This document shows positions 46,652-59,053 of a DNA stretch of 64,000 nucleotides, one piece after another. A program made the position numbers and the translations under genes. The DNA is taken from assembly GCA_963803785.1 (NCBI GenBank), contig CAWDNM010000001.1, positions 244,223 to 308,222 on the forward strand, in the 5' to 3' direction. The notes beneath the pieces were generated by a model that did no database searches, was not told the DNA's origin, and saw nothing but the letters and a program-made list of their open reading frames with translations. The first letter of the stretch is position 1. Every line of letters starts with the position of its first letter. Origin of the DNA: an uncultured Coriobacteriia bacterium (GTDB lineage: Bacteria; Actinomycetota; Coriobacteriia; Anaerosomatales; JAAXUF01).

Positions 46652-47923
46652 GTGAGAGCTGTCGACACCACTGACCTGTGCACGCCATCGGCCCGCCGCG
46701 TCCTGATCGCGGGCGGCGGCTACGCGGGCATCACGCTCGCGACCACGCTTGCGAACCGCATGCGCGAAAGCGACGACATCGAGATCGTCTTAGTCGACCC
46801 GCGCCCGTTCCAGCAGGCGCTCTCCGAGCTCGACCTCGTCGCAGCAGGCACCTCTCGGCCACAATTTGCGGAGCTGTGGCACGCGTCGATCTTCCGAGAC
46901 CTGCCGATCAACGTGTGCTACGACCGCCTCGAAGCGGTGCGCATGGCCGAGAACTCCGTCGACGTCGGGCCGCGCGAGAACCCCACCGCCCGCATCCCCT
47001 ACTGGCGCCTCGTGATCGCGACCGGCGCGGTCGCCTCGGTGCCGCCGGTCCCCGGGCTCGTCGACCACGCCATCACCATGTGGTCGGTGGAAGACGCGTT
47101 CAAGTTGCAGCGGCGCATCGAGCACCAGTTCCGCAAGGCCGCGAGCCTCACCGATGCCCGGGAACGCGAACGGGCGCTCAGCTTCACCGTCGTGGGCGGC
47201 GGAGCGACCGGGGTGGAGATCATCGGGACGATCGCCGCGGTGCTGCCCGTGATGATCAAGCGGTCGGGCTACGACCCCCGCGAGCTGAAGCTGTGCCTGC
47301 TCGAAGGACGGTCCGACATCCTCTACGACCTTCCTGAGGCGCAGCGCAACCGTGCCCGACGCCATCTCGAGAAGATGGGCGTGGAACTCGTCTGCGGCGA
47401 GATGCTCGAACGCGTCGAAGACGGCTGCGCGTACACCGCCTCCGGTCGCTGTGTGGAGGCCGAGACCCTGGTGTGGTGCGGCGGAGCGCACGCGGACCCC
47501 GATGCGGTCAACTGGGGCCTGGAGTTCGACAACTCCGGCCGCTTGATCGTCGAACAGCACCTCAAGGTCCCCGGCCACGAGGCCGTCTACGCGATCGGCG
47601 ACGTCGCGGCGTTCCGCGACCCGGCCGACAATCGCGTCCTGCCGATGCTCGCCCAGTTCGCGATCCGCGAGGCCGAGCAGGCCGCCGACAACATCATCGC
47701 CGAGGCGCGCGGCGAGGCTCCGAAGCCCTTCGTGCCCAACATGCACGGCGAGTTCGTCAGCATCGGCCCGCGCTGGGGCGTCGGCTGGATGTTCGGCCTG
47801 AACGTGAGCGGCCGCCCGGCCATCGTGATGAAGCGCCTGACGTACGTACTCTATTGGCTGCAGGTGGGCAGCTTCCGCCTTGCGTGGAGCCGAACGCGCC
47901 AGATGCTCGCGATGCACAAGTAG
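46652..47923 (+). CDS. NDH-2-like FAD-dependent NAD(P)H:quinone oxidoreductase
   Basis: IAGGGYAG, VIATG, VVGGGATGVE, YAIGD, PMLAQFA. Confidence 0.88.
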   Translation: MRAVDTTDLCTPSARRVLIAGGGYAGITLATTLANRMRESDDIEIVLVDPRPFQQALSELDLVAAGTSRPQFAELWHASIFRDLPINVCYDRLEAVRMAENSVDVGPRENPTARIPYWRLVIATGAVASVPPVPGLVDHAITMWSVEDAFKLQRRIEHQFRKAASLTDARERERALSFTVVGGGATGVEIIGTIAAVLPVMIKRSGYDPRELKLCLLEGRSDILYDLPEAQRNRARRHLEKMGVELVCGEMLERVEDGCAYTASGRCVEAETLVWCGGAHADPDAVNWGLEFDNSGRLIVEQHLKVPGHEAVYAIGDVAAFRDPADNRVLPMLAQFAIREAEQAADNIIAEARGEAPKPFVPNMHGEFVSIGPRWGVGWMFGLNVSGRPAIVMKRLTYVLYWLQVGSFRLAWSRTRQMLAMHK

Positions 47924-47960
47924 GGTAGCCTTGGGTTCAGACCGAACCGAGGAGGATTCC

Positions 47961-48815
47961 GTGCCCGACCAGACAGTTCCGCGCGCCGAGTTCGGCATCT
48001 GCGGAGGAAGCGGCAGCCTGAGCTTCGACTTCCCCGCCGCCTTGAACGATCCGCGCGTCACGGTGCTCGCCACCGATCTCGTATTCGAGACGCCGTTCGG
48101 CCGCTCGCCCGCGTTCACTCACTTCCGCGTCGACGGCGCCGCGGGTCCGCGCGAGGCGCTCGCCATCAAGATGCACGGCTGGCGGCGCGGCGTGAAGCGC
48201 GCCGACGCGTCGCTGCAGGCCTTCTGGGTGTTCCACGAGGCCGGCGTGCGCAAGGTGCTCGCAGACGGCGGAGTCGGCTCGCTCAACTACCTGCTCGACC
48301 CGCGCGACATAGTGATCCCCAACGACTTCATCGACCTGTCGATCAAGCAGGACATCTACGTCCGAGGCGACCACCTGCTCATCATGCGCCAGCCGATCTG
48401 CCCGGACATGGCCAGCACGCTCTACCGTGGCGCGACCGCAGCCGACTTCCCGCGCGTGTTCCCGCGCGGCAGCTACCTCGTCACCGACGGCCCTCGCTTC
48501 GAGTCGCCCGCCGAAGTCGACTACATGAAGCGCCTAGGCGGCGATGTCATCGGCCAGTCGCTCTCGCCCGAGGTCTTCCTCGCACGCGACATCGGCGCGT
48601 GCTTCGCAGGCATCTACCTCGTCGTGAACTACGGTGAGGGCATCGTGCGCGACTGGGCGCACGAGGAGCTCAAGTCCGCGTTCTTCGACGAGTCCGAGAC
48701 CATCTCCCGCATCGTCCTCGACACCATCGCCGAGACGGACCTCGACGCCGCATGCGGCTGCATGGAGCATCGCAAGCCAAGCCTGCTCAACCTGCCCGAC
48801 GAACGCGAGCAGTAG
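47961..48815 (+). CDS. Divergent MTAP-family purine nucleoside phosphorylase (6-oxopurine type)
   Basis: GICGGSG, ETPFG, GVGSL, PNDFID, GPRFESPAE, PEVFLARDIG, VVNY. Confidence 0.85.
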   Translation: MPDQTVPRAEFGICGGSGSLSFDFPAALNDPRVTVLATDLVFETPFGRSPAFTHFRVDGAAGPREALAIKMHGWRRGVKRADASLQAFWVFHEAGVRKVLADGGVGSLNYLLDPRDIVIPNDFIDLSIKQDIYVRGDHLLIMRQPICPDMASTLYRGATAADFPRVFPRGSYLVTDGPRFESPAEVDYMKRLGGDVIGQSLSPEVFLARDIGACFAGIYLVVNYGEGIVRDWAHEELKSAFFDESETISRIVLDTIAETDLDAACGCMEHRKPSLLNLPDEREQ

Positions 48816-48818
48816 CCC

Positions 48819-50124
48819 ATGCGCCTCGTCTCGGCTGAGTGGATCCTTCCTGTGGCAAGCGCCCCGATTCGCGACGGCGCGGTGCTGGTCGACGGGGATC
48901 GCATCGTCGCGGTCGGCTCACGCTCCACGCTCGACGCTGCGACCGCCGCTGACGTCGAACGCGAGCACTTCGCCGGCTGCACGATCACGCCCGGCCTGGT
49001 CAACGCGCACACGCACCTCACACTCACCGCGCTCTCCGGAGTCGTGCCGTCCGCGCCATTCCCCGAGTGGCTCCCCCGCCTCGTCGCCGCGATGAAGCCG
49101 TGGGAGATCGCCGACCACGAGGCGTCCGGAGTCATCGGCGCCGAGGAGTCCCTCGCCAGCGGCGTCACGGTCGTCGGCGACATCGCGTACGGTGCCGCCG
49201 AGGTCGCCTCGGCAAGTCGGGCGGGGCTGGGCGGCGTCTACTACTGGGAGCTCCTGGGCCTGCCCGCCGAGCAGCTCGGGCAGCAGCTCGCCTACCTGCG
49301 CTATCCCGAGAACCCGGCCGAGTACGGAGCGCGCGTGACGTGCGGGCTCTCGCCGCATTCGCCCTACACGAGCGGGCCCGAGCTTCTCCAGGCGGTGCAC
49401 CGCCGTGCGACCGAGCTCGGGGTGCCGCTCGCGATCCACGTGGCCGAGTCAGCCGCGGAGACGTGGCTGCTCGCCGATGGCACCGGGCCACTCGCCGAGG
49501 TCGCCGGACGGACGGCCCACGGCTTCCGGCCGCCGCGCACCTCGACCGTCGCCTACCTGCACAGCCTGGGCGTGCTCGACGGCGACGACGGCAGTGCACT
49601 GTTGCCACGTCGATGGCGAGGATGTCCAGCTGCTCGCCGCGCATGCGCGCGGCGTTGTGACCTGCCCGCGCTCGAACCGGTACCTCAACAACCCGCCGCC
49701 CGCCATCTCACCGTTGCTCGACGCGGGCATCGCAGTGGGGATCGGCACGGACTCATCGGCGAGCAACCACGATCTGGACCTCATGGCGGAGGTTCGATCG
49801 CTCGCAGCTGCCGAGCCGCGTCTGTCAGCCGAGACGCTGTTGCACATCGCGACGATGGGCGGCGCCCGTGCGATCGGCGTCGCGGACCGCTTCGGCTCGC
49901 TGGCGGCGGGCATGGAGGCCGACCTCGCGGTGTTCGCGGTGTGCGGCGAGCACGATCCACAGGCCGCGATTGTTGCGGAGGCGGGCCACGCGAGCACCCG
50001 AGCGGTCATGAGCGGGGGCGTGTGGCGCGTCCGCGACGGCGAGCTGCTCGAACGCGACGCGCGCGCCGGTGCACGTGCCGCAGACGCGAAGCGGGCCGCA
50101 CAGGACGCGCTCGGGGCGAGCTAG
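48819..50124 (+). CDS. Amidohydrolase; nucleoside deaminase resembling aminodeoxyfutalosine/MTA deaminases (frameshifted)
   Basis: NAHTH, LSPHSPYT, IHVAES, VHC, CPRSN, GTDSSASN. Confidence 0.85.
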
Positions 50125-50136
50125 CTCCGGCCGACG

Positions 50137-50170
50137 CAAAGCGGGACGCCCCAACCGGGACGCCCCGCTC
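50137..50170 (-). terminator. Terminator at the liv / deaminase convergence
   Basis: Minus strand AGCGGGGCGTCCC-ggtt-GGGGCGTCCCGCT-TTG with G:U pairs. Confidence 0.6.
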
Positions 50171-50196
50171 GATTGCACGTGAGGGTTGTGCGGGCT

Positions 50197-50908
50197 CTAG
50201 TCTTCGCCCAGGTACGCCTTGCGCACGGCCTCGTTCGCCGCAAGCTCGGCGCCGGTTCCGGTCAGCGCGATCTCGCCGATCTCGAGCACGTAGCCGCGGT
50301 CGGCGACGGCAAGCGCAAGGTTGGCGTTCTGCTCGACGAGCAGGATCGTGATGCCCTGCGAGTTGAGCTTCTGGATGATCTCGAAGATCGTCTCGACGAC
50401 GACCGGGGCCAGGCCCATCGACGGCTCGTCGAGCATGAGCAGTGTCGGGTCACTCATCAGGGCTCGGCCCATCGCCAGCATCTGCTGCTCTCCGCCGGAC
50501 AGCGTGCCGCCCTTCTGAGCAGCGCGCTCCTTGAGGCGAGGGAAGAGCTCGAAGACGTAGTCGAGGTCGGACTTGATCTTGTCCTTGTCCTTGCGCAGGA
50601 ACGAGCCCATCTCGAGGTTCTCCATGACCGTCATCCGCGAGAAGATGCGACGGCCCTCGGGAACCTGGATGATGCCCTTGCCGGTGATGACGTGTGACTT
50701 GGTGCCACCGATCGACTGGCCCAGATACTCGATCGTGCCGCTCTTGGGAGCGAGCTGTCCCGAGATGGTCTTCAGCGTCGTCGACTTGCCGGCACCGTTC
50801 GCACCGATCAGCGTCACGATCTCGCCTTTGGTGACCTCAAGCGAGATTCCCCTGAGCGCCTCGATCTTGCCGTATGCGGCGTAGAGGTCGGTTACTTTCA
50901 GTACCACG

Positions 50909-50916
<8 letters not shown>
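50197..50916 (-). CDS. livF: Branched-chain amino acid ABC ATP-binding protein
   Basis: GANGAGKST, VPEGRRIF, LSGGEQQMLA, LDEPSMGLAP, VEQNA. Confidence 0.94.
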
Positions 50917-51761
<845 letters not shown>

Positions 51762-51803
51762 CTCAGTACCCTTCCCGGCCCGTTGCTGGGTCCGCGCTCA
51801 TCG

Positions 51804-53017
51804 CTAAAACCCGCCGGTGTTCTCGTGCTGGGCGTCGTAGAGCGTCTCGTTCTCTTCTTCCAAGATGTCGTCGTCGGCGAGAAGCTCGGCCGCACGGCGC
51901 TTGGACGGGATGATGCCCTGCGGACGCCAGATCATCATGAGTACCATGACCATGCCGAACACCAGGTTGCGGTAGTTCGAGATCGCCGAGACCTGCTCGC
52001 CCGAGAGACCCGGGATGATGCCGGAAGCGGCGAAGCCCCGGATGATCTCCGGCGTGCCCTGGATGAGCAGCGCGCCCACGATCGCACCGGGGATCGAGCC
52101 CATACCGCCGATGACGACGCTGCAGACGACGAACACCGACTCCATGAACGTGAACGACTCGGGGCTGACGAACTGCTGGAAGTTCGCGAACGTGAGCCCG
52201 GCGATACCACCCCAGACAGCACCGAGCGAGAACGCCCAGAGCTTGGCGCCCATGATGCTGATGCCCATCGACGCCGCGGCGACCTCGTCCTCGCGCATCG
52301 CGACCCACGAGCGGCCGAGACGCGACTGGTTGAGGCGGTTGACCACGAAGACGGTCAGGACGCACAGGATGACGATGATGTAGTACCAGTACAGGTTCGA
52401 CGAGAACATGAAGTTGAACCCGTTGGGACCGAGGCCCGGAATCGAGAAGTACGACGTTGTTCGACAGCCACTCGAGTCCCACCGGCATGGCCATGAACTC
52501 CCCGGCGCGCGGGAGACCCGCTGCACCGTTGGTGATGTCGAACGCGTTGTTGTTGATGATGATGCGCACGATCTCACCGAAGCCGAGCGTGACGATGGCG
52601 AGGTAGTCGCCCCGCAGACGCAGTACCGGCGTACCGAGCGCTAGACCCGCAAGCGCCGCGAAGCGCCGCGGCAACCGGAATCATCAAGAAGTAGGAGAAC
52701 GGCTGCAGCGCGACCGGCAACGTCTTGGTCGCGAGGTTGCCGACGATGACGCCCGAGTAGGCGCCGATCGCATAGAACGCGATGTAGCCCAGGTCGAGCA
52801 GCCCCGCGTAACCGACGACGATGTTCAGACCGAGAGCCAGCATGACGTAGAGGCCCACGAGGGCCAGGATTCGCGTCATGAACAGCATGCCGAAGCCCTC
52901 GAAGAGGAACGGCGCACCAATCAGCGTGACACCGAGCAGCGCGTACAGCGCGATCTTCGTCGGCGTCATCTTGCCGGAATCGACCTTTGTCGAAACGTCC
53001 ATCTTTCCGCCACCCAT
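51804..53017 (-). CDS. livM: Branched-chain amino acid ABC permease (frameshifted)
   Basis: [49 protein letters not shown]. Confidence 0.93.
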
Positions 53018-53019
53018 GG

Positions 53020-54010
53020 TTACACCTTCTCCACTACGGATTCGCCGAGCAGACCGCCCGGGCGGAAGATCAGGACGAGGATCAGCACCATGAACGCGAT
53101 GACGTCTTTGTATCCCGAGGATATGAAGCCTGCCGCGAGAGACTCGACGATGCCGAGCACGAAGCCGCCGAGCATGGCGCCGCGGAGGTTACCGATACCG
53201 CCGATAACGGCCGCCGTGAACGCCTTCATGCCCGGGATGAAGCCCATGCTGAAGACGATGGAGCCGTAGTACATGCCGTAGAAGACACCGGCGACGGCAC
53301 CGAGGGCCGGTCCGATGAAGAACGCGAGCATGATCGCCGTGTTGATGTCGATACCCATCAGACCGGCGGCCTCGCGGTCCTGCGACGTAGCACGCATCGC
53401 CTTGCCCATGCGGCTCCGACCGATGTAGAGGTCGGTGATGAGCATGAGGATGAGCGCCGTGCTCAGGATGAAGACCTTCAGCGCGCTGACGGAGACGCCC
53501 GCCACGCTGAACGCGATTCGCGTCCCGAGCGGACTCGGAAACGGAATCTGCTTGGAGTCGACCCACAGCAGAATCGCGTTCTGCAGGAAGATCGACACAC
53601 CGACCGCCGAGATGAGCGGCGCCAGACGCGGCGCGTGGCGCAACGGGCGATAGGCGAAGCGCTCGATGAGGACGCCGACGAGTGCCGACGACCGCCATCG
53701 ACACGAGGAACACGATCGCGAAGAGGCTCACCATGCCGATGCCCTCACTGGTGAAGAACGCCTGTGCCGGCACCAAGCCACGAGAAGATCGGCATCCTCT
53801 GCGAGATGTTGGCGGCGACCTCAGGGTTGGTGAGGAGCTGCATGGTGGCCAAGCCCCACGTAGGCGCCAAGCATGAAGAGCTCGGAGTGCGCGAAGTTGA
53901 TCATGAGCAGGATGCCGTAGACGAGCGTGTAGCCCGAGGGCGATGAGCGCGTACATCCCGCCCAGGGTGATGCCGTTGATCAGCTGCTCAACGATGATGT
54001 TTAGTGACAC
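53020..54010 (-). CDS. livH: Branched-chain amino acid ABC permease (frameshifted)
   Basis: NGITLGGMYALIALG, INFAH, GKAMRA, KAFTAAVIGGIG, RPGGLLG. Confidence 0.93.
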
Positions 54011-54070
54011 TGCAGGCGTTCCTGTCTATCCGGGATGCCGATCGACCGAATCTCGCCGCCGGACATGGAA

Positions 54071-54102
54071 TCCGGGCGGGCACCTCACGGTGCCCGCCCG
54101 GA
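54071..54102. terminator. Intra-operon hairpin between the substrate-binding gene and livH
   Basis: Perfect 14-bp stem TCCGGGCGGGCACC-tcac-GGTGCCCGCCCGGA. Confidence 0.65.
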
Positions 54103-54144
54103 CCGAGTCCTCATGGAACCAGGACGGCGGTAGGTTCTTCGGCT

Positions 54145-55373
54145 CTACTGGGCCGCAGCGCCCGCGGCGGCCTTGGTGGCCCACTTGCCGCCCTCAACCA
54201 CGTACAGGCTGATCGCCTTGTTGGTGGTGTCGCCGTTGGCATCGAAGGCGATGGCGCCCGTGACACCCTCGGTGTTCGTGGCAGCAACAGCAGCGATGAT
54301 CGCGTCGCGACCCTCAGGGGTCGTGACAGCGGCAGCGCCCTGTGCCTTGGCGACCTCAACGATGGCGTTGATGATCACGTTGGTGGCGTCGTAGGCGTAC
54401 GCGTCGTAGGCAGCGATCTCGTCGTTCGGGAACATCGCCTTGTACGCGGTCGTGAACTCCTGGCCCTTGGGCAGGTTGGCGATCGGCAGGCCGACCGAAG
54501 TGGCGAAGTCGCCCTCGGCAGCAGCCGCGCCGGCGAGGTTGATGAACTCGGCGTCGTAGAGACCGTCGCCGCCCATCAGCGGAACCTTGAGGCCGGCTTC
54601 CTTGGACTGCTTGCTCAGGAGCGCGCCGGCGTTGTAGATGCCGCCGTAGTAGATGACCTCCGGATTCGTGCCCTTCATCTTGGTGACGAGGGCGTTGAAG
54701 TCGGTGTCCTTGTCAGAGGTCTTGGCGGTGCCGAGAACCTTGCCGCCGTTCGCCTCGAACTGCTTGGCGAACTCGGAAGCCAGACCCTCACCGTACGGCG
54801 TCGAGTCATCGACGACGTACGCGCTCTTGAAGCCGAGAAGCTTGAAGGCGTAGTCAGCAGCGGCCGGACCCTGGACCGCGTCGGTGGTGCAGACGCGGAA
54901 GACGTTCTTGAGACCCTGCTGGGTCAGCGCCGGGTTGGTCGAGGCCGGCGAGACCTGGACGATCTTCTTGTCGGAGTAGACCTTGGAAGCCGGGAATCGA
55001 GACACCCGAGTTCAGGTGGCCCATGACGCCGACGAGGTTCGGGTCCGAAGCGAAGGTGTTCGCAACGGTAACGCCGATCTTGGGGTCGCCCTGATCGTCA
55101 CCATCGACGGTCTTGAACGATGACACCCGCGGCCTTGGCGGCCTCGGACTTGTTGGCCTCGTCGATTGCGAGGGTCGCGCCGCGCTTCATGCCCTGGCCG
55201 AGTGCGACCGCGCCAGCCGTCAGCGGAGCGCCAACGCCGATCGAGATCGTCTTCGCCTCAGTACCACCGGTGGTCCCACCGGTCGTACCGCCGCCACCGC
55301 AACCGGTAGCGATCATCGCAAGCGCAACCAGCGCAGCGACGACGGCGAGCAGAAGCTTATTGCTCACCTTCAT
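54145..55373 (-). CDS. livK: Branched-chain amino acid ABC substrate-binding lipoprotein (LivK/J-like; frameshifted)
   Basis: Lipobox ATGC; DDQGDP, GHLNSG, SPASTNPALT, YGEGLA, MGGDG, YAYDA. Confidence 0.9.
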
Positions 55374-55596
55374 AGTTCCTCCCTTGCTCCCTGGACAAAT
55401 ACCCTTGCGATGCACCAAGAGTCCCCGATTGGGACCCCCGGTACCTGCAGCCATCCCACCGCAGGACTCTCGGAGTGTATCAGAACGACGAGGAATGCAA
55501 CCAGTTCTCAGGTGCATAACCACGGTGCTTGGAAAGCCTAGAACGCGCACGCGCCATATATGTATTGGATAGTCTCCGATCTCGCACCAGAGTGCA

Positions 55597-56017
55597 TCAA
55601 ATCCAGTACATACTCGCAGCAGCACCGTCCAGTTCGCGCTGCCGCTCTGCGAGCGCCTCCAGCGATACGCTCTGTAGATAGCGGCCGAACTCGTCCGCGG
55701 CGTCCTGCCAGAGGGCGGACGCCGCCGAGCCGGTGACTCGCGGAACGTCGAGTACGATCGCCTTGCACCGCCTGGACGATATCGAATACCGAGACCTCAC
55801 GCGCCGGGCGAGCGAGGGCACATCCGCCGCTCGCGCCTCGGCGGCACTCAACGATTCCGGCACGCGACAGCGCCGTGATCTGCTGCTCGACGAACCTGCG
55901 GGGCAAGCCGAGACGGTCAGCGAGTTCACCGGCGGCGATGAAACTCCCCCGGCGGCTGGATGCGCGAGCAAGCACGAGCGCCCGTACCGCATAGTCCAGG
56001 CTCTGCGGGACCCTCAT
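55597..56017 (-). CDS. cymR: Rrf2-family regulator, CymR-like (frameshifted)
   Basis: DYAVRAL, FVEQ..L.RAGIV..RRGASGG.ALARPA; no Fe-S Cys triad; C-terminal MYWI; directly after cysK. Confidence 0.8.
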
Positions 56018-56019
56018 GA

Positions 56020-56978
<959 letters not shown>

Positions 56979-57017
56979 GAAGTGCCTCCTTCGACTCGAA
57001 CGACGAGCTCTGAGGCG

Positions 57018-57066
57018 ATCGTAGCACCGATTGGGTGTTCTATTGCGCACTATTCTTATGCGCGAT
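57018..57066 (-). promoter_or_regulatory. cysK-cymR promoter with candidate Rrf2 operator
   Basis: TGnTACGAT extended -10 (hexamer at 57018-57023); ATTGCGCA-ctattctta-TGCGCGAT palindrome (57042-57066) over the -35 region. Confidence 0.55.
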
Positions 57067-57158
57067 GTGCGTTTACTTCCACACGCCGCTATCGCGTCGC
57101 GCCGCCGAGAATCGTCTACGCTGTCGAGGAGTCATCGGATTTCGCGAGGGAGCTGTCA

Positions 57159-57377
57159 GTGTCGTTCGCGTTCTGGGCATGGATCACGGTCGCCGTCGTA
57201 TGCGCACTCGGCGAGTGCGTCAGCGGAGGGCTGCTCACGATACCCTGGGCGATCGGCGCCTTCGCGGCAGCGCTGCTTGAAGCCGTCGGCGTGAGCTCCG
57301 GCTGGCAGTGGATCGCGTTCGTGACGATCTCGTCGGTCGTGCTCGTCGTCCTGCAGCGGACTATCGCCAGGCGCTAG
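57159..57377 (+). CDS. Small membrane protein resembling the NfeD/YbbJ N-terminal helices (no OB domain)
   Basis: W..VAVVCALGE..SGG....WAIGA.AA...WQWIAF; 72 aa. Confidence 0.65.
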   Translation: MSFAFWAWITVAVVCALGECVSGGLLTIPWAIGAFAAALLEAVGVSSGWQWIAFVTISSVVLVVLQRTIARR

Positions 57378-57772
57378 TCCCCGCTGTCGAGAACTCGCGC
57401 TTCACCGCCAGCGGGCGCAGGCGTACTGGCCGCCCGCATCTCGTACGTCGCCACGAGTTCCTTGAGGCGGGCGACCTCGCGAAGCACCGGCCATTCGGTG
57501 AACGCGGCCCACAGGGCGACGCCCAGGTTGACGACAGGGACGAGCATGAGCAGGGCAACGACAGGTGTTAGGCCGGCCTTCTTGAGGAACTGCCAGAACG
57601 CAAAAGCCAAGACGACGTAGGTGAGCACCAGCAGCGCGATGCCCACCGGGCCGGCGAGGAGCAGCCCGCCTCGAGCTCCGGGACCACCGGGGAAGCCACC
57701 CGGGGGCCGACCCTGGAAACCGCCCGGCGGCATGCCTTGGGGCATGCCCTGCGGTGCCTGATTAGGATCCAT
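57374..57772 (-). CDS. Hypothetical membrane protein with Gln/Gly/Pro-rich N-terminus
   Basis: FWQFLKKAG..LLMLVPVVN..AFTEWP hairpin motif; GGAGG RBS; follows the ABC permease. Confidence 0.75.
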   Translation of the reverse strand: MDPNQAPQGMPQGMPPGGFQGRPPGGFPGGPGARGGLLLAGPVGIALLVLTYVVLAFAFWQFLKKAGLTPVVALLMLVPVVNLGVALWAAFTEWPVLREVARLKELVATYEMRAASTPAPAGGEARVLDSGD

Positions 57773-57828
57773 GTTGAACCTCCTGTTCTAGACCCGGACC
57801 TGTGAGTCTCGGTCCGGATCTGCGGGAC

Positions 57829-59053
57829 CTACTGGTAGCGGAGTGCTTCGATCGGGTCGAGCTTCGCGGCGCGGCGCGCCGGGTAGTAGCCGAAGATGAT
57901 GCCGATGGCGGTCGAAACGCCCACTGCGAGCAGCACCGACAGCCCGCTGACCGACACCGTCATCGTCGAGAACGTGGTGATGGCCAGCGCGATCGCCCAG
58001 CCGAGAACGATGCCGACGACGCCGCCCAGCACCGTCAGCGCGACCGACTCGGCGAGGAACTGCGACGTGAGGTCCGACGCGCGTGGCACCGAGCGCCTTC
58101 CTCAGTCCGATCTCCCGAATCCGCTCGGTGACGGTGGTGAGCATCATGTTCATGATTCCGATGCCCCCTACGAGCAGCGAGATCCCGGCGATGGAGCCGA
58201 GCAGCGCAGTCATGAGGGTGGTGACCGTGTCGAGCGTCGAGGCGAGGTCGGCCTGGTTCATGATCTGAAAGTCGGCCTTGTCCGCATCTTCGATGCCGTG
58301 CCTGCTCAGCAGCAGCGCCGAGATGTCGTCCTCGACCTGCGTCATCGCCTCCTGCGACGAGGCCTCGACGTAGAGCGTGCTGACCCCGCCGGCACTCGAG
58401 AGATGCGCTTCGTACGTCGTGAAGGGGATGTAGACGGCGTCGTCGGTGTTCATGAAGCCGCTGCCGCCCTTCGACGTGGTCACGCCGATGACCTTGAACG
58501 GCTGCCCGGAGATCCGCATCTGCTGCCCGAGGGCGGCGTTCACCGAGCCGAACAGCGTCTCGGCGGTGGTGGGGCCGAGCACGGCGACGCGGGCCGCGTT
58601 ACGTGCCTGCTCCTCTGAGAACCAGCTGCCCACCTGCAAGGTGACGCTTCGGATCGCCGGATAGTCGACGGTCGTGCCCGTGACGGTCACGTTGGTGTTG
58701 CTGGACTCGGCGGAGACCTGATAGGAGCCGGAGGCGACCGGTGCGACGGACTTCACGTTGGTCACCTTCCGCGCAATCGCGTCGGCGTCCTCGGTGGTCA
58801 GAGACTTCGTGTTGGCCCCCGGGCCCGCTCCGCCGACTCGGCGGCTCGACTGGCCGCCCGGTGAGACCGTGAGCAGGTTTGCGCCCATCGACGAGATGCT
58901 CGACGTGATCGACGCCTTCGTGCCCTGTCCGATTCCGACCATGACGATGACCGACGTGATCCCCACGACGATGCCGAGAATCGTCAGGAACGAGCGGACC
59001 TTGTTGGCCGTGAGCGAGAGGAACGTCTCGGTGAGGAGGTCCTTGAGTCTCAT
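57829..59053 (-). CDS. MacB/YknZ-like ABC permease (frameshifted near C-terminus)
   Basis: NKVRSFLTILGIVVG, SLLVGGIGIMNMML..ERIREIGLRKALGA, YPARRAAKLDPIEALRY. Confidence 0.93.

Noticed and set aside
55410-55450. c-di-AMP (ydaO) riboswitch in the liv leader
   Set aside because: CGGGGGtCCCA..GGGG resembles one arm, but the conserved GCUGAA and 3' CCCG.CAGCUAAC elements are absent.
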